Source of the DNA: Octopus vulgaris
Lineage: Eukaryota
NCBI GenBank assembly: GCA_951406725.2
Contig: OX597838.1
Span: 27,714,001 to 27,778,000 of the forward strand
Reading direction: 5' to 3'
DNA length: 64,000 bases
The notes beneath the pieces were generated by a model that had not been told where the DNA came from, searched no databases, and saw only the letters and a program-made list of their open reading frames with translations. Of this stretch, positions 28,530-42,074 are shown piece by piece (position 1 is the first letter of the stretch; every line of letters starts with the position of its first letter). The position numbers and the translations under genes are program-made.

Positions 28530-30293
28530 CGTGTGTGTGTATGTATATATATACATGCACACACACAAGTATATATATGCATACATACACACACAAATAT
28601 ATGCATATATATATATATGTTGATAGTGCAGTAATACATCAGATGGTAATAAAAACTATGCTGACTTGCATCCTCTCACACACTTGTGTGCAACAAAGAG
28701 CTTCAAGTGTCTTTCATGTTTGCGTTATTCTGTCAAAAATGGAATGAATTTCTCTTTCATAAAATATCTCTCCTCTTTTTTATATCATTGATCAGTTCGA
28801 GATTTTCATTGATGTTGTTGTTGTTGTTTCCATTGTCGTTTTTGCTTGTTTATCAATAACTTGATGTTTTATTATACTCTATATATATATATATGTCCGA
28901 CTTTACACGTATTCGTTTGTACATGTGTGTACACACACACACACACAAACACACATACGAGACAAAAATATAGATGAGTGGTTGAGAAGCTTGCTTTCCA
29001 ACCATGTGGCACCTTGGGTTTAGTCCCACTGAGTGGCACCTTGGGCAAAAGTCTCCTACTATGGCCTCACACTGACCAAAGTCTTGTGGATGGATTTGGT
29101 AAATGGAAACTGAAGGAAACCCAGTGTGTGTGTGTGTGCCCTTGTCTTGCTATCACACCATGGTTATAAGTGTGTCTCACAGTCATGTAAGCAATGTTGT
29201 TCATTTCTAATGTGTTCGGCCACTGGGAAATATTACCTTACTTGCAGACAGGCACGGTTTGGTGACAGAAAGAGCGTCCAACTACAACCAATTTGCTTCA
29301 CCGAATTCTGTTTTAATCCATTCAAGCATGGGAAAATGGATATTAAACAATGCTAATTGGAAGTGGAGTACTGTAACTTTTTGGGAGCTGAAATTTTTCT
29401 CACTGTTATTCTGAGTTCCTCGTTGTTGATCTTCTGACAATTATGCAAAATGGAACACAAAAACCTGTATATAAAATCATCGTCATTCATCCTTTTGAAT
29501 CTGTTAACAGGGGGTGGCCAGATCTACCTAAATGCCACAGCAACCGCTCTCACACCATCTTGCGATCTTGCCCCGTTTTGGGCGTCCCTCCTTCTCAAGC
29601 CAACCCTCCCAAAATGTTTGTGAAATTGTATCACTGTTAACCCTTTTTAATGACTGACCCACCTGATACTGTCCCTCGTTCTGTGATACAAGCCTTTTCT
29701 TAAAGTGATCTAAATTTCAAATTTTCCATTATTTTCAAAAATTAATTGAAACAAAAGCAATGGATTTCAGCAGAAAGGGTTAAAGATCTTGTGTTATGTA
29801 CGGATTATCAAAACAGATGTTAAATGCCTGCTAACAACCTAAAACATTCTACAAGCATGCTTCAAAACATGCCCCTTTTCAATTACCCAGATCGATTCAT
29901 TTGAGCGATGCAACATTTCTAAAATGCATAGTGACCAGGAGTTACTTCCCCTGCACATTCTTACACAAACGCACGGAATTGTCACCATAAATCCAATGTT
30001 TACATTTCAGTATATTTTTCATTATATATAACTTATATTATTTGCTTTTATCTCCACTATTCTAAACACACATATATATTGTTTTTATAAACAAATGAGC
30101 ATGTACGTTCTCTGTGATGATATGATAAGCAGTGCCGAGTTTTACAATTCTGTAAGCTTATAAAATATTACCATTATTTACAGAAATATGTATGTATGTA
30201 TATATATGTATATATATATATATGCATGCTTGTCTGTCTGTTTTTCTGTTATGTGGCTGTTTTCATTGTCGATGAGATCGTTTCTGTTTGCAG

Positions 30294-30483
30294 GGTGAAC
30301 GCTTAAGCCACGCCGTTGGCTGTGCATTTGCAATTTGCTTGGAACGTAAACAAAAGCGAGACAAGGAGTCTGGTGTGAACGTTACCTACAATCAAGACCG
30401 TACTATCTTCACACGCACCGGCTCCTTCCGACAAGCTTCCATTACCGAGAGAATCGCTGACCCACAGAGTGCTATCCTAGCAG
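30294..30483 (+). CDS. numb: numb coding exon: PTB domain C-terminal helix and following segment
   Basis: Acceptor tttgcag and donor gtaaca. Translates to [47 protein letters not shown], matching the Numb motif [22 protein letters not shown]...FTREGSFR. 190 nt, phase 0 to phase 1. Confidence 0.96.
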
Positions 30484-31907
30484 GTAACACACTAAACGGT
30501 ATCTATATTTCCTTTCCTTCATTTTTTCATCATTTCACTAACAGTTTTTTTTATTTTATTCCTCTAACATTTCACTAACGTATACAAGAACTGGAGAGCG
30601 ATTGTCGTCCCTAACCCCCAAGGCACAACAACACTGATTATTGTAATGCTTCCATGATCATGACCTTTAAGTCTATACTTTTTTTTCTTTTTTTGAAATG
30701 GGTAATTTTTCAAAATTTATTTTAAAAAAATAAACACCAAGCATGGCTGTGTGGTTAAGAAGCTCGCTACGGAATCCTGTGATTTCAGGTTCAGCCCTAC
30801 TCAGCAGCACCTTGGACAAGTTGTCTTCTATGATAATCCTGGGCCAAATAATGCTTTGTGAGTGAATTTGGTAGACAAAATCTTTGTGGAAGCTTTATTG
30901 TACCTGTTCCTTTTAAGGGACAGTTAAGTGATGGGGACATCAACAAACCAACACCAGTTGTCAAGCAGAAGTGAAGTACAAGGACATGGACACCCACAGA
31001 TATATATATATATATATATATATATCTTATATATAACAGGCTTCCACTCAGTTTTCATCTGCCTAATTCACTCACAAGATATTGGCTCACCCCAGGGCAA
31101 TAATGGGAGACACTTTGCCTGGGTACTGCACAGTGGGGCTGAATCCAAAACCACGTGGATGCTAAGTAAGTTTCTTAACCACATAGCCATACCAGCACTT
31201 AAAACTAAAAAAAAAAAAAAAGACCTTCGATACTTTTTTATTTTTTCTCTCCTCCCTTCAAATGTTGATGAAATAAATGTTAACTAATAATCTATTACAT
31301 TTAAAGTAATTAGATGTAAATCATTTTAATTTAAAGAACAGAAAATTTAAAAAAAAAAAAAAACTGTCCTCGTACCAAGATGTAAATAAATCTAAAGTAT
31401 ATTTCTGGGGATGTCAAAAAAAGTCCCAAGAAATTTCAAGAAAATCAGGAATTTCTTGTAGATGCATTACAATGTTCAGTATTGCTGGATCTATAAAAAA
31501 AATTTTTTTTTTTTTTTGTGTGTGTGTGTGTTTGGAGGTGTGTATGTTGACATAAGTTTCATATTCCTTACCACTCCTTTTAGGTGTTACTTCCCAATCC
31601 TGGAGCATCATCCCCCTTCCTCAACCCGTTGTTTTGATGCTGTTAAATGTAATTTATAGACTCACACACACACATGTTCAAGAGTAGGTTTACAGTTGTC
31701 ACGTAGACACTTCAAATTTCTTTTAAAACATTTTATTACATTCAAATTTCTATCTTACAAACTGAAAAGGGAGCTTGACAAAATTAACTAAATTAGCATA
31801 GAATAAGGGTTTCTTTTTTTTTTTTTTTGTTTCTTAATTAAGATCTAAACTGTTAATATATGAATGCGAAAGAGATAGTTGAATAACTGTAAACCTACTT
31901 TTGGGCC

Positions 31908-31963
<56 letters not shown>

Positions 31964-32811
31964 CACACACACATGTATATACGTGTGTGAGTGTGTAGAT
32001 AGATTGACAAATAAGCTAGATAGACAAATACAGGAGGAGTTTGCTTTAAAGCATTACACAATATGTAGTAGAGCAGTGTGTTATGATAGAAGAAGATTGA
32101 ATATCACCTTCTATAACAAACACATATGTATATTTGTATATATATATATATACACATATACATATATATATAGCTGTCATCCATACAAACTTGTCCTTTA
32201 CAGGTGCTGGTGCCACAGAAAATGCACCCATGCAAGTGCTGCACAGATGCAGCCACTGTTGGTGGCATGTAAAAAGCACCCAGCATGCTCAGTAAAGCGG
32301 TTGGTATCAGGAAGGGTACCCAGCCATAGAAACCTTTGTACAACAGACAATTAGAGTCTGGACAGCACCTTTGCTGGTCAACTCTTGTAAGACTCTAACC
32401 CATGCCGGCAGGGAAAACGGATGTTAAACAATGATGTGTATGTGTGTGTGTTAATCCTGAATTACTTCTGGGAATTACCCATTATTATTAAACTTATGGT
32501 TACAGTGGTGAATATAGCAAAATCTTGTGTTTGCAAAAAGGAAACCAGTTCATAATGTCCTTTGTAAGTCTTTAAGATGATCAGATACCAGTTGTTTTTA
32601 AATTGTTTGTTTTTAATTTATTTTTGTTTAATTTTGAATTTCTGTTGTGCATTGTAAAATATATGAACGAATAAGAGTTTGCAGAATATATGGATAGAAT
32701 AAGGGTGATGAACAATGTCTGAACATTGCATGTGTGAATGTATGCGTTTGTGGTGATCCCTAATGGAAATGAGGTGTCCAATACAAATGGCTCTGCTACT
32801 GAAAAAATAAT

Positions 32812-33052
32812 CTCTCTCTATCCGCTCAGTCGAAGTCGACTCTCGGTCACTCGTTGGATCAGTGTCCTCCAGTCAGTTCTATCCTGGGCCGCTTCCTTCA
32901 GACTGGCCATGTCAATTCCGGTATCACTCCTGATGGTGTCAAGCCAGCCGGTTCTTGGTCAGCCTCTTCCTCTCTTGCCACTGACCATTCCGAGCATGAT
33001 GTCCTTCTCCAGGGATTCTCTCCGCATAATATGACCGAAATATGCCAATCTA
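32812..33052 (-). mobile_element. RTE LINE 3' fragment, same family
   Basis: Near-identical reverse complement of 56710-56945. Confidence 0.92.
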
Positions 33053-34283
33053 ATAACAATAATAATTAAAAGCCCTGCCTGTTCAGGTTTCAAGCAGAGA
33101 CTGACATGTCATGTCTGTTAATACATCTCTCCACAAACCATATACAAAACCCTGCCCTTTCCCAAACCCCATCCCTGACAGACAAACAATATATAAAGCC
33201 CCTCTCTCAAGGTCATCTTAACCAGTATGAGAATAAGCCATAACTAGCACCCTACCACTCAGTTAAGGTATTTGGGCCCCTGCGTGGGTAATACCACAAT
33301 GAGGTACCTGACCTTATATTTTCTGATCACAAATTGGCAGGATCATAAGAGCATGGCCCTTATTCTGGCTGCTTTGTGCTCTGAGTTCAAATCCTGTTGA
33401 GGTAGACTTTTCCTCTTTCTAGGGGTCAATATTGTTCTCTTGCAACCCTCACTCTTTCCCAGTGTTTCATATAGATCCCTTAATGCTTTCTTCAACATGA
33501 ATTTCCTTGTCAAGCCTATATTTTGAGTTGCTGGTCTTATTTAAGTCCAGCTCAAACCTAATTGAGACGTTCCAACCATGACCATCCTGTCTGTGTATTT
33601 GAGAGTACATTGTCTAATAGGCCCTTTATTTTTAAAGGCGGGTAGAGTATAATATGAAAGAGATTTAGTTGCTCTTTCTAGCACATTAGAGTTTGCTGTG
33701 AATATTTGTATAAAATAGCTGAGTGGAAAGTTGCAATGAGCTACAAGCTGATGGCCTGGGGTTCACATCTGCTTCAAGCATTTTGGTACCTCCTGGGGCA
33801 GGACATTTTATTATATACATCAGTCCACATATCTCTGGAGATATCCAAACACTTCCTTTATTAGTTACCCTGGTTTACAAAGATATCCATGTTTTACTCT
33901 TTAGCATTCAAATTACTCTGTCAAATATAATACTTAATTATTCAGTGTTTTTAATTAATCAAGTATAATCTCATAGCTTTGAGCTTTCAGTGATGTGATT
34001 GTTTACTTTTAGAGTGACATTGTAGGGTAGGTGTAAGAGGCCGGATCTGGTTGGTTTGAACATAAGACAGGCAGAACTTTTTGGCCAGATGTGGCTGGTT
34101 TAAATGCTAAATATTTAATTAATAATTCTCTCAAAAATTTTAGTTACACAAAGAAAAAAAAAAGGGTTTGGGCTTGGAAATTCTGGATTTGCGAGTAGGT
34201 TGTGTGTCTGGTGGTCACTCTGTGTCCTGAGCATTCAAGTTTACTAATCTGAGTTTCTGCTGGTTAATAATTCTCTTTGACAG

Positions 34284-34499
34284 AACCTATTCCAGTGAAG
34301 AAGGTCGACAACCCTTATGCAGTTCAGAGACCACACGCCACACACTCCTTGCTCCAAAGACAAGGATCTTTCAGGGGATTCGAGAAATTACATGAAACTT
34401 CATCTCCTTTCAAACGGTCAGTCTCTCTAAGATTGAACGAACTCCCGTCAACCTTAAGAAGACAGAACGCTGTTCTCGAATCTCCACCCAATGCAGGCG
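34284..34499 (+). CDS. numb: numb coding exon: NumbF region
   Basis: Acceptor tttgacag and donor gtaagt. Encodes NPYAVQRPHA...LQRQGSFRGF...SPFKRSVSLRLNELPSTLRRQ, typical Numb motifs including the phospho-serine sites. 216 nt, phase 1/1, in frame with the previous exon. Confidence 0.96.
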
Positions 34500-34571
34500 G
34501 TAAGTTTCTTCTTTTCGTTTTCTTTTTGTGTATTTTCTCTCTGTCTTTTGAGATTGGGGTTTGGTGGAATG

Positions 34572-34807
34572 ATACTCTCTCTTACTCTTTACTGTTTTAC
34601 TTGTTTCAGTCATTTGACTGCGGCCATGCTGGAGCACCGCCTTTAATCGAGCAACTCGACCCCGGTCTTATTCTTTGTAAGCCCAGTACTTATTCTATCG
34701 GTCTCTTTTGCCGAACCGCTAAGTGACGGGGACGTAAACACACCAGCATCGGTTGTCAAGCAATGCTAGGGGGACAAACACAGACACACAAACATGCACA
34801 CACATAT

Positions 34808-34838
<31 letters not shown>

Positions 34839-35102
34839 CGACGGGCTTCTTTCAGTTTCCGTCTACCAAATCCACTGATATATGTGTGTGTGCATGTTTG
34901 TGTGTCTGTGTCTGTCCCCCTAGCATTGCTTGACAACCGATGCTGGTGTGTTTACGTCGCCGTCACTTAGCAGTTCGGCAAAAGAGACCGATAGAATATG
35001 TACTGGGCTTACAAAGAATAAGTCTCAGGGTCGGTTTGCTCAACTAAAAGCGGTGCTCCGGCATGGCTGCAGTCAAATGACTGAAACAAGTAAAAGAGAG
35101 TA
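34572..35102. mobile_element. Two inverted partial SINE A copies forming a foldback
   Basis: Minus copy 34572-34877 directly followed by plus copy 34878-35102. Confidence 0.9.
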
Positions 35103-35120
35103 TATACACATACGCATATA

Positions 35121-35343
35121 CAGGGTGCGGCAGAAAGGTTGCCCCGATTTCAAAGTTTAATAAAAAGCAAACACATAAAAATACAAGAAAAAATTTTGTA
35201 TTTCTATGAAGTTCATTAAATACCATTGTGATTCGAGTGGTTTTGAAAATTGTATCACTCAAGTGGCGACTGCCGATGTCTCTTCATGTGTTTGTGTTTT
35301 TTATTAACCTTTGAAATTGGGGCAACCTTTCTGCCGCACCCTC
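35121..35343. mobile_element. Tc1/mariner-type MITE
   Basis: TIRs cagggtgcggcagaaaggttgccccgatttcaaag and its reverse complement, flanked by TA on both sides. Confidence 0.88.
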
Positions 35344-35817
35344 TAGATTGGTCTTATTACCTGATGTATAAGAATTTCTGTGTTGATGTATTTGTAAACG
35401 TTCGATTTGCTATATATGGAAGCACTCCGTGGGTTACGACGACGAGGGTTCCGGTTGATCCGAATCAACGGAACAGCCTGCTCGTGAAATTAACGTGTAC
35501 CCTTAACGTAGTTCTCGGGGATATTCAGCGTGACACAGAGAGTGATAAGGCCAGCCCTTTGAAATACAGGTACAACAACAGAAACAGGAAGTAAGAGTGA
35601 GAGAAAGTTGTGGTGAAAGAGTACAGCAGTGATCCCCACCATCCCTGCCGGAGCCTCGTGGAGCTTTAGGTGTTTTCGCTCAATAAACACTCACAACGCC
35701 CGGTTTGGGAATCGAAACCACAATCCTACGACCGTGAGTCCGCTGCCTTAACCACTGCTATATATACATACAGACTGTGTAGATTGGGATTATTCTGTGT
35801 GTGAGAGTGGAAACAAG

Positions 35818-36189
35818 GGATCTTTTCCTTTTGAACGGCACATGTCAACACAATTTCTAGTTAACTAAACACTTTAAAACTTCGTATACTGGTAGAATGT
35901 GTCAAAATAAAACATTTTTTTCTCTTGGCTTTCTTGATAAAATTGCAATTCGTTTGTTTAACGTAGTTTAATTTTTCGATGCAGCAAATGATTTTAGCTC
36001 AATTAGAGGCGATTCATTGGTTAAAATTCAAAAAATTAAACTACATTAAACAAACGAATTACAATTTTATAAAGAAAGCCAAAGGAAAAAATTTTTTTAT
36101 TTTGACACATTCTACCAGTATACAAAGTTTTAAAGTGTTTAGTTAACTAGAAATTGTGTTGAAAAGTGCCGTTCAAAAGGAAAATATCC
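35818..36189. mobile_element. Foldback MITE with 8-bp TSD
   Basis: Inverted arms of about 160 bp starting ggatcttttccttttgaacggca. Perfect TSD gaaacaag on both sides. Confidence 0.92.
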
Positions 36190-36524
36190 GAAACAAGACT
36201 TAGATTGAATGATTAAAAACAATGTCAGAGTTTGTGGAAAATTTCTGACTAGAATCACAAAAAACACTGCTTCTATCAGTGTTTTATCTGACAGTTCAGT
36301 GTTCGTTGTTGTCAATTTACAAACCACGCTTTTGAAACACTATTTTCACTCATTGCTCTACAGCAATACTAAAAAGGTGGGAGGAGGGGGCACTCAATGC
36401 TTTCGGTTCTGCAAGTAAATTGGCTGTTTCTCCTGAATTATGTCCCTTGTTTAAAAGAGTTACCTCCCTTGTGAACCTCTGGAAAAAGAATTACAAACGA
36501 CGTGAATTTGAACAACTTTTTTTT

Positions 36525-36716
36525 TTACTTTTTTACTTGTTTCAGACATTTTGACTGCGGCCATGCTGGAGCACCGCCTTTAGTCGAGCAAATCGACCCC
36601 AGGGCTTATTCTTTTGGAAGCCTAGTACTTATTCTATCGGTCTCTTTTGACGAACCGCTAAGTTACAGGGACGTAAACACACAACCATTGGTTGTCAAAC
36701 GATGTTTGGGAGACAA

Positions 36717-36769
<53 letters not shown>

Positions 36770-36930
36770 CGACTGGCTTCTTTCAGTTTCCGTCTACCAA
36801 ATCCACTCACAAGGCTTTGGTCGGCCTGAGGCTCTAGTAGAAGACACTTGCCCAAGGTGCCACGCAGTGGGACTGAACCCGGAACCATGTGGTTGGTAAG
36901 CAAGCTACTTACCACACAGCCACTCCTGCG

Positions 36931-36932
<2 letters not shown>
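36525..36932 (-). mobile_element. SINE family A, full length
   Basis: Family match. Confidence 0.9.
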
Positions 36933-36973
<41 letters not shown>

Positions 36974-38664
36974 GAATTTCCACACAGTTTCAATATACAA
37001 ATTTCAATCTCAAAGCATTTCTTAACCTGGTTGGCATTCATTTTACCCAATGTAGTCAGACATGAAGATTACATGATTTCATTTGATTTCTAAAGAGTGT
37101 TTCAGACATAAAACTTGAACCAAAAGCCTTTACACGTTAAATGTGACACTAACTTAGCTGTTGTTTCTTTATGCAGTTGGCTTCACTGAGTCATTTAATC
37201 TCTAACCAGTTCTGTTTACATTGTTGTTCTTTTATTACTGCTTCAGCAGGTATGATGAAGTTTGTATTTTATTGAAGAGGTCAGAATAGGGCCAAAACAT
37301 GTCCTAGGTTGTCTTCCATAGTAATTTAGATCATTGACTTATACCCTTCTCTTGGTGTACAGTTATTTCCAATTATCTTTTTAATATGCCCTCCGTTACA
37401 TATTGACATGAAATCAAGTATTCACAACCGACATTCACTAAATGTTATTTAAATTTATTAAATCTGGTTCACTGCCTTATTGTTCTGTACTGGGCAGCAC
37501 CGATTCTTGTCTTTGAGGTTCATTCTTCAAACATCAATTAAAAAAAAAAAAGAAAAAGTTTGTAAATACCACTAATACGTTTCTGGGATTTCGAGTCACT
37601 TATATTCTTTGGGAAAAAAAAGAAACGAAAAAAATTAAGGTCCCATGTTTTTAAACAAAATTTGCCTTTTTGCTTAAAGCTGTTTAACTGTTGTTGCTGC
37701 TTTTACTGTTTCCCATAATGCAACAGCCGGTAAGGTTTGTGTGACCATAACAACGCTTTGCTTTCAATTGTTTTGTCTCACAATAACCATTTAGTGTTTC
37801 CTATATTTGAAGCCACCCTTGCCCACCCCCATAGATAGGTTGAATTTTTTTTTTTTTTTTTTTTTTTTTCCTCGAAATTCTAAAATCAGGGTTACTGGGT
37901 GGCCAGTGTGTTAGTTTGCATTGACAGTACCCCAGATACACAAATATAGAAGGTAAATTATGTGTGAGTTTGAGGAAGCAGTACCCCAGATACACACATA
38001 AGATAGACTGTGTAGCTGTTTGCAGTAACAATACTCTAGATATACAGGTATGAGGTACACTATGTATCAGTACCCCGAGATATACAGATGTATACCAGTC
38101 TGTGTCAATTTGTTTTGAAAGTACCCCAGGTACAGAAATCCAGAGTAGATATAACTGATAAAAGCTATCAATTTTGGTTCATAATGTTTAGCTCCTTACC
38201 CCTCGTGTCATCTCATTAATGCTATTGTTACCATTAACATACCTGTGCATTAATTATTACCTTTCTAAAGGTGAGCTAGCAGAATCGTTACTGCTTCATG
38301 ACATTTCTTCTGGCCTTTTACATTTCTGAGTTCAAATCTTGCTAAGGTCAACTTTGTCTTTCTTCCTTTTGGGGGTCAACAAAATAAAATGCCAGTCAAA
38401 CACTGGGGTTGATGTAATTGACTACCCAACTTCCTAAAAATTGTCGACCTTGTGTCAAAATTTGGAGCCATTATTTAACACCTTTCTAATTTAACACACC
38501 TTGTTGTTTCCTTTGTCTTATGTTCCTTCATTACATTCTTCCCTTGTTCCTCTTATATTCTCACGCCAAGCTAACTCACCCCACTCTCTCTCTCTCTCCC
38601 CCTTATCACACACCCCTGCTGCTTCCACACATAAACATATTTGTCTTCATCTGTTGTGTTTCAG

Positions 38665-38916
38665 TGAGTAGTCCTATACCCGAGCTGTCCCCTTCTGACG
38701 AGAACCCGGATTCAGTCGCCCAGATGTGTCAGCAATTATCCATGGGGCTCCGCGCCCTTAGCACAGACGATCCTTTTGCCAGTGTCCCTCACAGTACGCT
38801 CCAGTCCCTCCACTGCCCCTCCTCCGGTGTCATCAACACTGGAGCTTCATTCCAACAGAGCCCCACACATATCTTCAGTAACCCTGGCAACCAATCAGCG
38901 AACGCTTCCTCACAAG
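38665..38916 (+). CDS. numb: numb coding exon: proline/serine-rich region
   Basis: Acceptor gtttcag and donor gtaggt. Encodes SSPIPELSP...DSVAQMCQQLSMGL...DDPF. 252 nt, phase 1/1, in frame. Confidence 0.9.
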
Positions 38917-39031
38917 GTAGGTTTCACATTCATACATGCATGTGCACATGGACACACACACACACATTTACTAGTACACTGACACACACATAACATGCTA
39001 ACAGATATACACATGGACACACACGTCTGTT

Positions 39032-39082
<51 letters not shown>

Positions 39083-41352
39083 AAAAGGATGTAGACAGGA
39101 TTTTGGTAAAACTATATATTTTCATACTTTCATCCTAGGGATTCATGATGAATCCCTAAAAGGATAAAAGCATTAAATAAATAGATTTTCTCCAAACCCC
39201 AACTGTTTCCTTTTGCTTAATACATGAAATTTGTACACCACTTCAAACTATCTATACATACATATATATATATATATAGATAGATAGATATGCCACATAA
39301 AAAGCACCCAGTATACTCCATAAAGTGGTTGGCATTAGGAAAGGGTCCAGCTGTAGAAACCAACCCAAATCAGACTGGGATCTGGTACAACAGCTTCTCA
39401 GGTCTTGTCAAACCATCCAGCCAATGCTAGAAGGGAAAACAGATGTTAAAGGGTGAGGGTGATCATCAAAGGTAAAAGAGCCTCTTCAGTCATGTGTGAC
39501 CATGGGATTGCACCTAGAAAGTTACCCTCCGAGGCACAAGTCCTGGCAAGGTTGTCTTTATGGAAGACCAGCAGTCGTCCATGCATACCAGCCTCCCCTC
39601 TCCATACCACTGGTGTAATCCAAGGGAAAGGCAAAGGGGCCAATACAGCTTGACACCTGTGACATCGCAACTTGCTTCTAAAGCCGAGTGAACTGGAGCA
39701 ACGTGAAGTAAAGTGTCTTGCTCAAGAACACAACACACTGCCTGATCTGGGAGTTGAACTCGCTACCTCATGATTTTGAGCCCAACGCTCTAACCACTCT
39801 GAGTCATGTGTCTTCACTCTTCTACATTAATATGGTGTCTACTGATTCCCATGTGGTTTATCATTCATGTGGCTCACACACACACATATACAATGTCTAT
39901 TAGCAGCTTTCCACTATATCTGAGGTCTTTATCATATGTCATTAAGCACTGAGTTTGGTGGTTGTTTCTGGTTATAGTGAATAAACTTATTTACGAACCA
40001 TCAATGTTTTCATGTTGCACATCTCTATTTTCACTCTAGACTAGCTAACCAGCTTAAACATACCATCAGGACCAAAACACCACTGCACTGACCTATTATG
40101 GCAGCATCATTTTAATGTCCACTTTTCCATGTTTTCACCTGCATGGGTCAAGTGGAATTGTGCTGTGGCAAATTTTCAATGGCTGGATGCACTTCCTGTT
40201 GTCAACCCTTATTTTCCTAATCACCAAACATCACATGGTACCAAGGCAAGGAGATAGTCTCATACACACACATATATATATACATGTGTTTGTGTGCAGG
40301 GAATGGCATTGGACATTTTGCAGATCTTTAGCTTGATTTCATGGCACCCCAACATTTCTGAGCCTGTGACCCATATCGGCACTGGACATCTTGCCCTGGA
40401 GACGCTCTCTAAAGTATTGCGCAAGCCTTATGGAGCCTTAAAGTTTTGGGTTACACAAACACCAAGGAATTTACTTTCTGGTGCCCTGTTGAGCAGTAGG
40501 ATATTGCAGCGAGTGTGAAATACACAGGCACAAACCCTGGGGAAGCTGACCGTGGGTGCAGTAGCCTCATGCACGGACATTGCTGACATTTTGCATGAGA
40601 AGGGGTCAGTGATGGTCTTCCTCAGTCACAAGTGGACAGTCATCATCCATACACTACTAAGACTCTGCGAATGCTTACTTGCATGTCTGTAATTAGATAC
40701 AGTCAAATCGGCGCATAATGGGAAAGTACTCTGAAAGTAAGGTACCCCTGAAATGTGAACACAAATGGAATAAAACAAGTTTCATGTAAATCAGACCACA
40801 GATTCCCAAGATACACAGTTTTTTTTTTTTTTGTACCTTCATAAATAGCCTAAATGCTAATAATAATGGGAAAATACTTCGAAAGTCACAAAACCCTGAA
40901 ATAGGAATACAAATAGAATAAAACAAGTTTGGCATAAATAAGAACACAGATTTCCCCGAGATACAGGGGTTTTTTTCAGGTACGATTAATAAATAGCAAA
41001 AATGGTACATAATGGGAAAAACTGTTTTGGAAAATAAGTATTTATTTTTAAATTTCTTTAAGCAGAAAATATTTTCATCTTTTTACAAAAGATTTTTTAG
41101 CAAAGTAATTTCTTTAAAAAGAATTCTAAATAAAAATAAAATAACTTCCTTCAAATTTTTACCTGTGGACTATACCAAACACCTATACACCAATCGGGAG
41201 TTTCTTATAAAAACCTACTTTCACTGCTTGCAATAGTTACTATGCCCCAAGCAGTCAACAAAATGTTTTGCTTGATTTGTAAAGGAGGGGGGGGGGGGCT
41301 ATTATTAGTTTTTTTTCTTTTGCTTAATATTGTTTTCCTTTCTTTCTTTCAG

Positions 41353-42074
41353 TGAATCCCCATAAAGGAAGTGATTTGAAGGCTGCCGACGTCACCAACC
41401 CATGGGCAACAACTAACAACTGGTCCGCACCATCGTCGTCTGCCCCGTCTTCTGCATCCACGAACCCATTCCTTGCAAACCCCGCTGTGAATGGCGTGCC
41501 TTTTGCCAACGACAGGCTACCGACCGGCGCCGCCCACCTTTCCCGCGCCCCGCAACTGACCCATTTGCGCAGCCATTCCATAGACACGTGTGAACTACTG
41601 ACCAACGGCCGACAGGCGAACCGCAAGCCGACCCTGCACGAGTTGGCCAACCAGCAGCGAAGCTTTCAGCACAGCAATAACAACAACAATAACAACAACA
41701 ACAACAACGGCTGGGGGCCGAGCGTGGATGCTGCCAGCAATAAAACGTTAAGGGCAGCCGTCGGCGTCGGCGGGAGCGGCGGTGGCGCGCCGACGACGCA
41801 GATGCCTCCATCCTCCAGCAAAGCTACTGCTGCCGCTGCCGCTGCCCCTACTGCTACCTCGGTGAGCAGCAGCAGCAACAGCAACAGCAGCAGCAGGCTG
41901 ACAGCACTGTCCTCATCCAACAGAAGCTCACACAACTCCTCGCCACACATAGATCCGTTCGACGTGGCGTGGGCCGCGAAAGCAGCCAGCCTCCAGGCTA
42001 ACAACCCTTTCCAAGGCCCTCACCAGCTCTCAGCGCAGGCTGACAAAGAAAAGACTTTCCAAGTACAATTATAG
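41353..42074 (+). CDS. numb: numb terminal coding exon
   Basis: Strong polypyrimidine acceptor tttctttcag, GC-rich coding sequence, NPW/NPF/DPF/NPF endocytic motifs. Ends KTFQVQL-stop (vertebrate Numb ends KTFEIEL). Confidence 0.94.

Noticed and set aside
41324-42004. Minus-strand ORFs overlapping the last numb exon
   Set aside because: Antisense shadows of GC-rich coding sequence.
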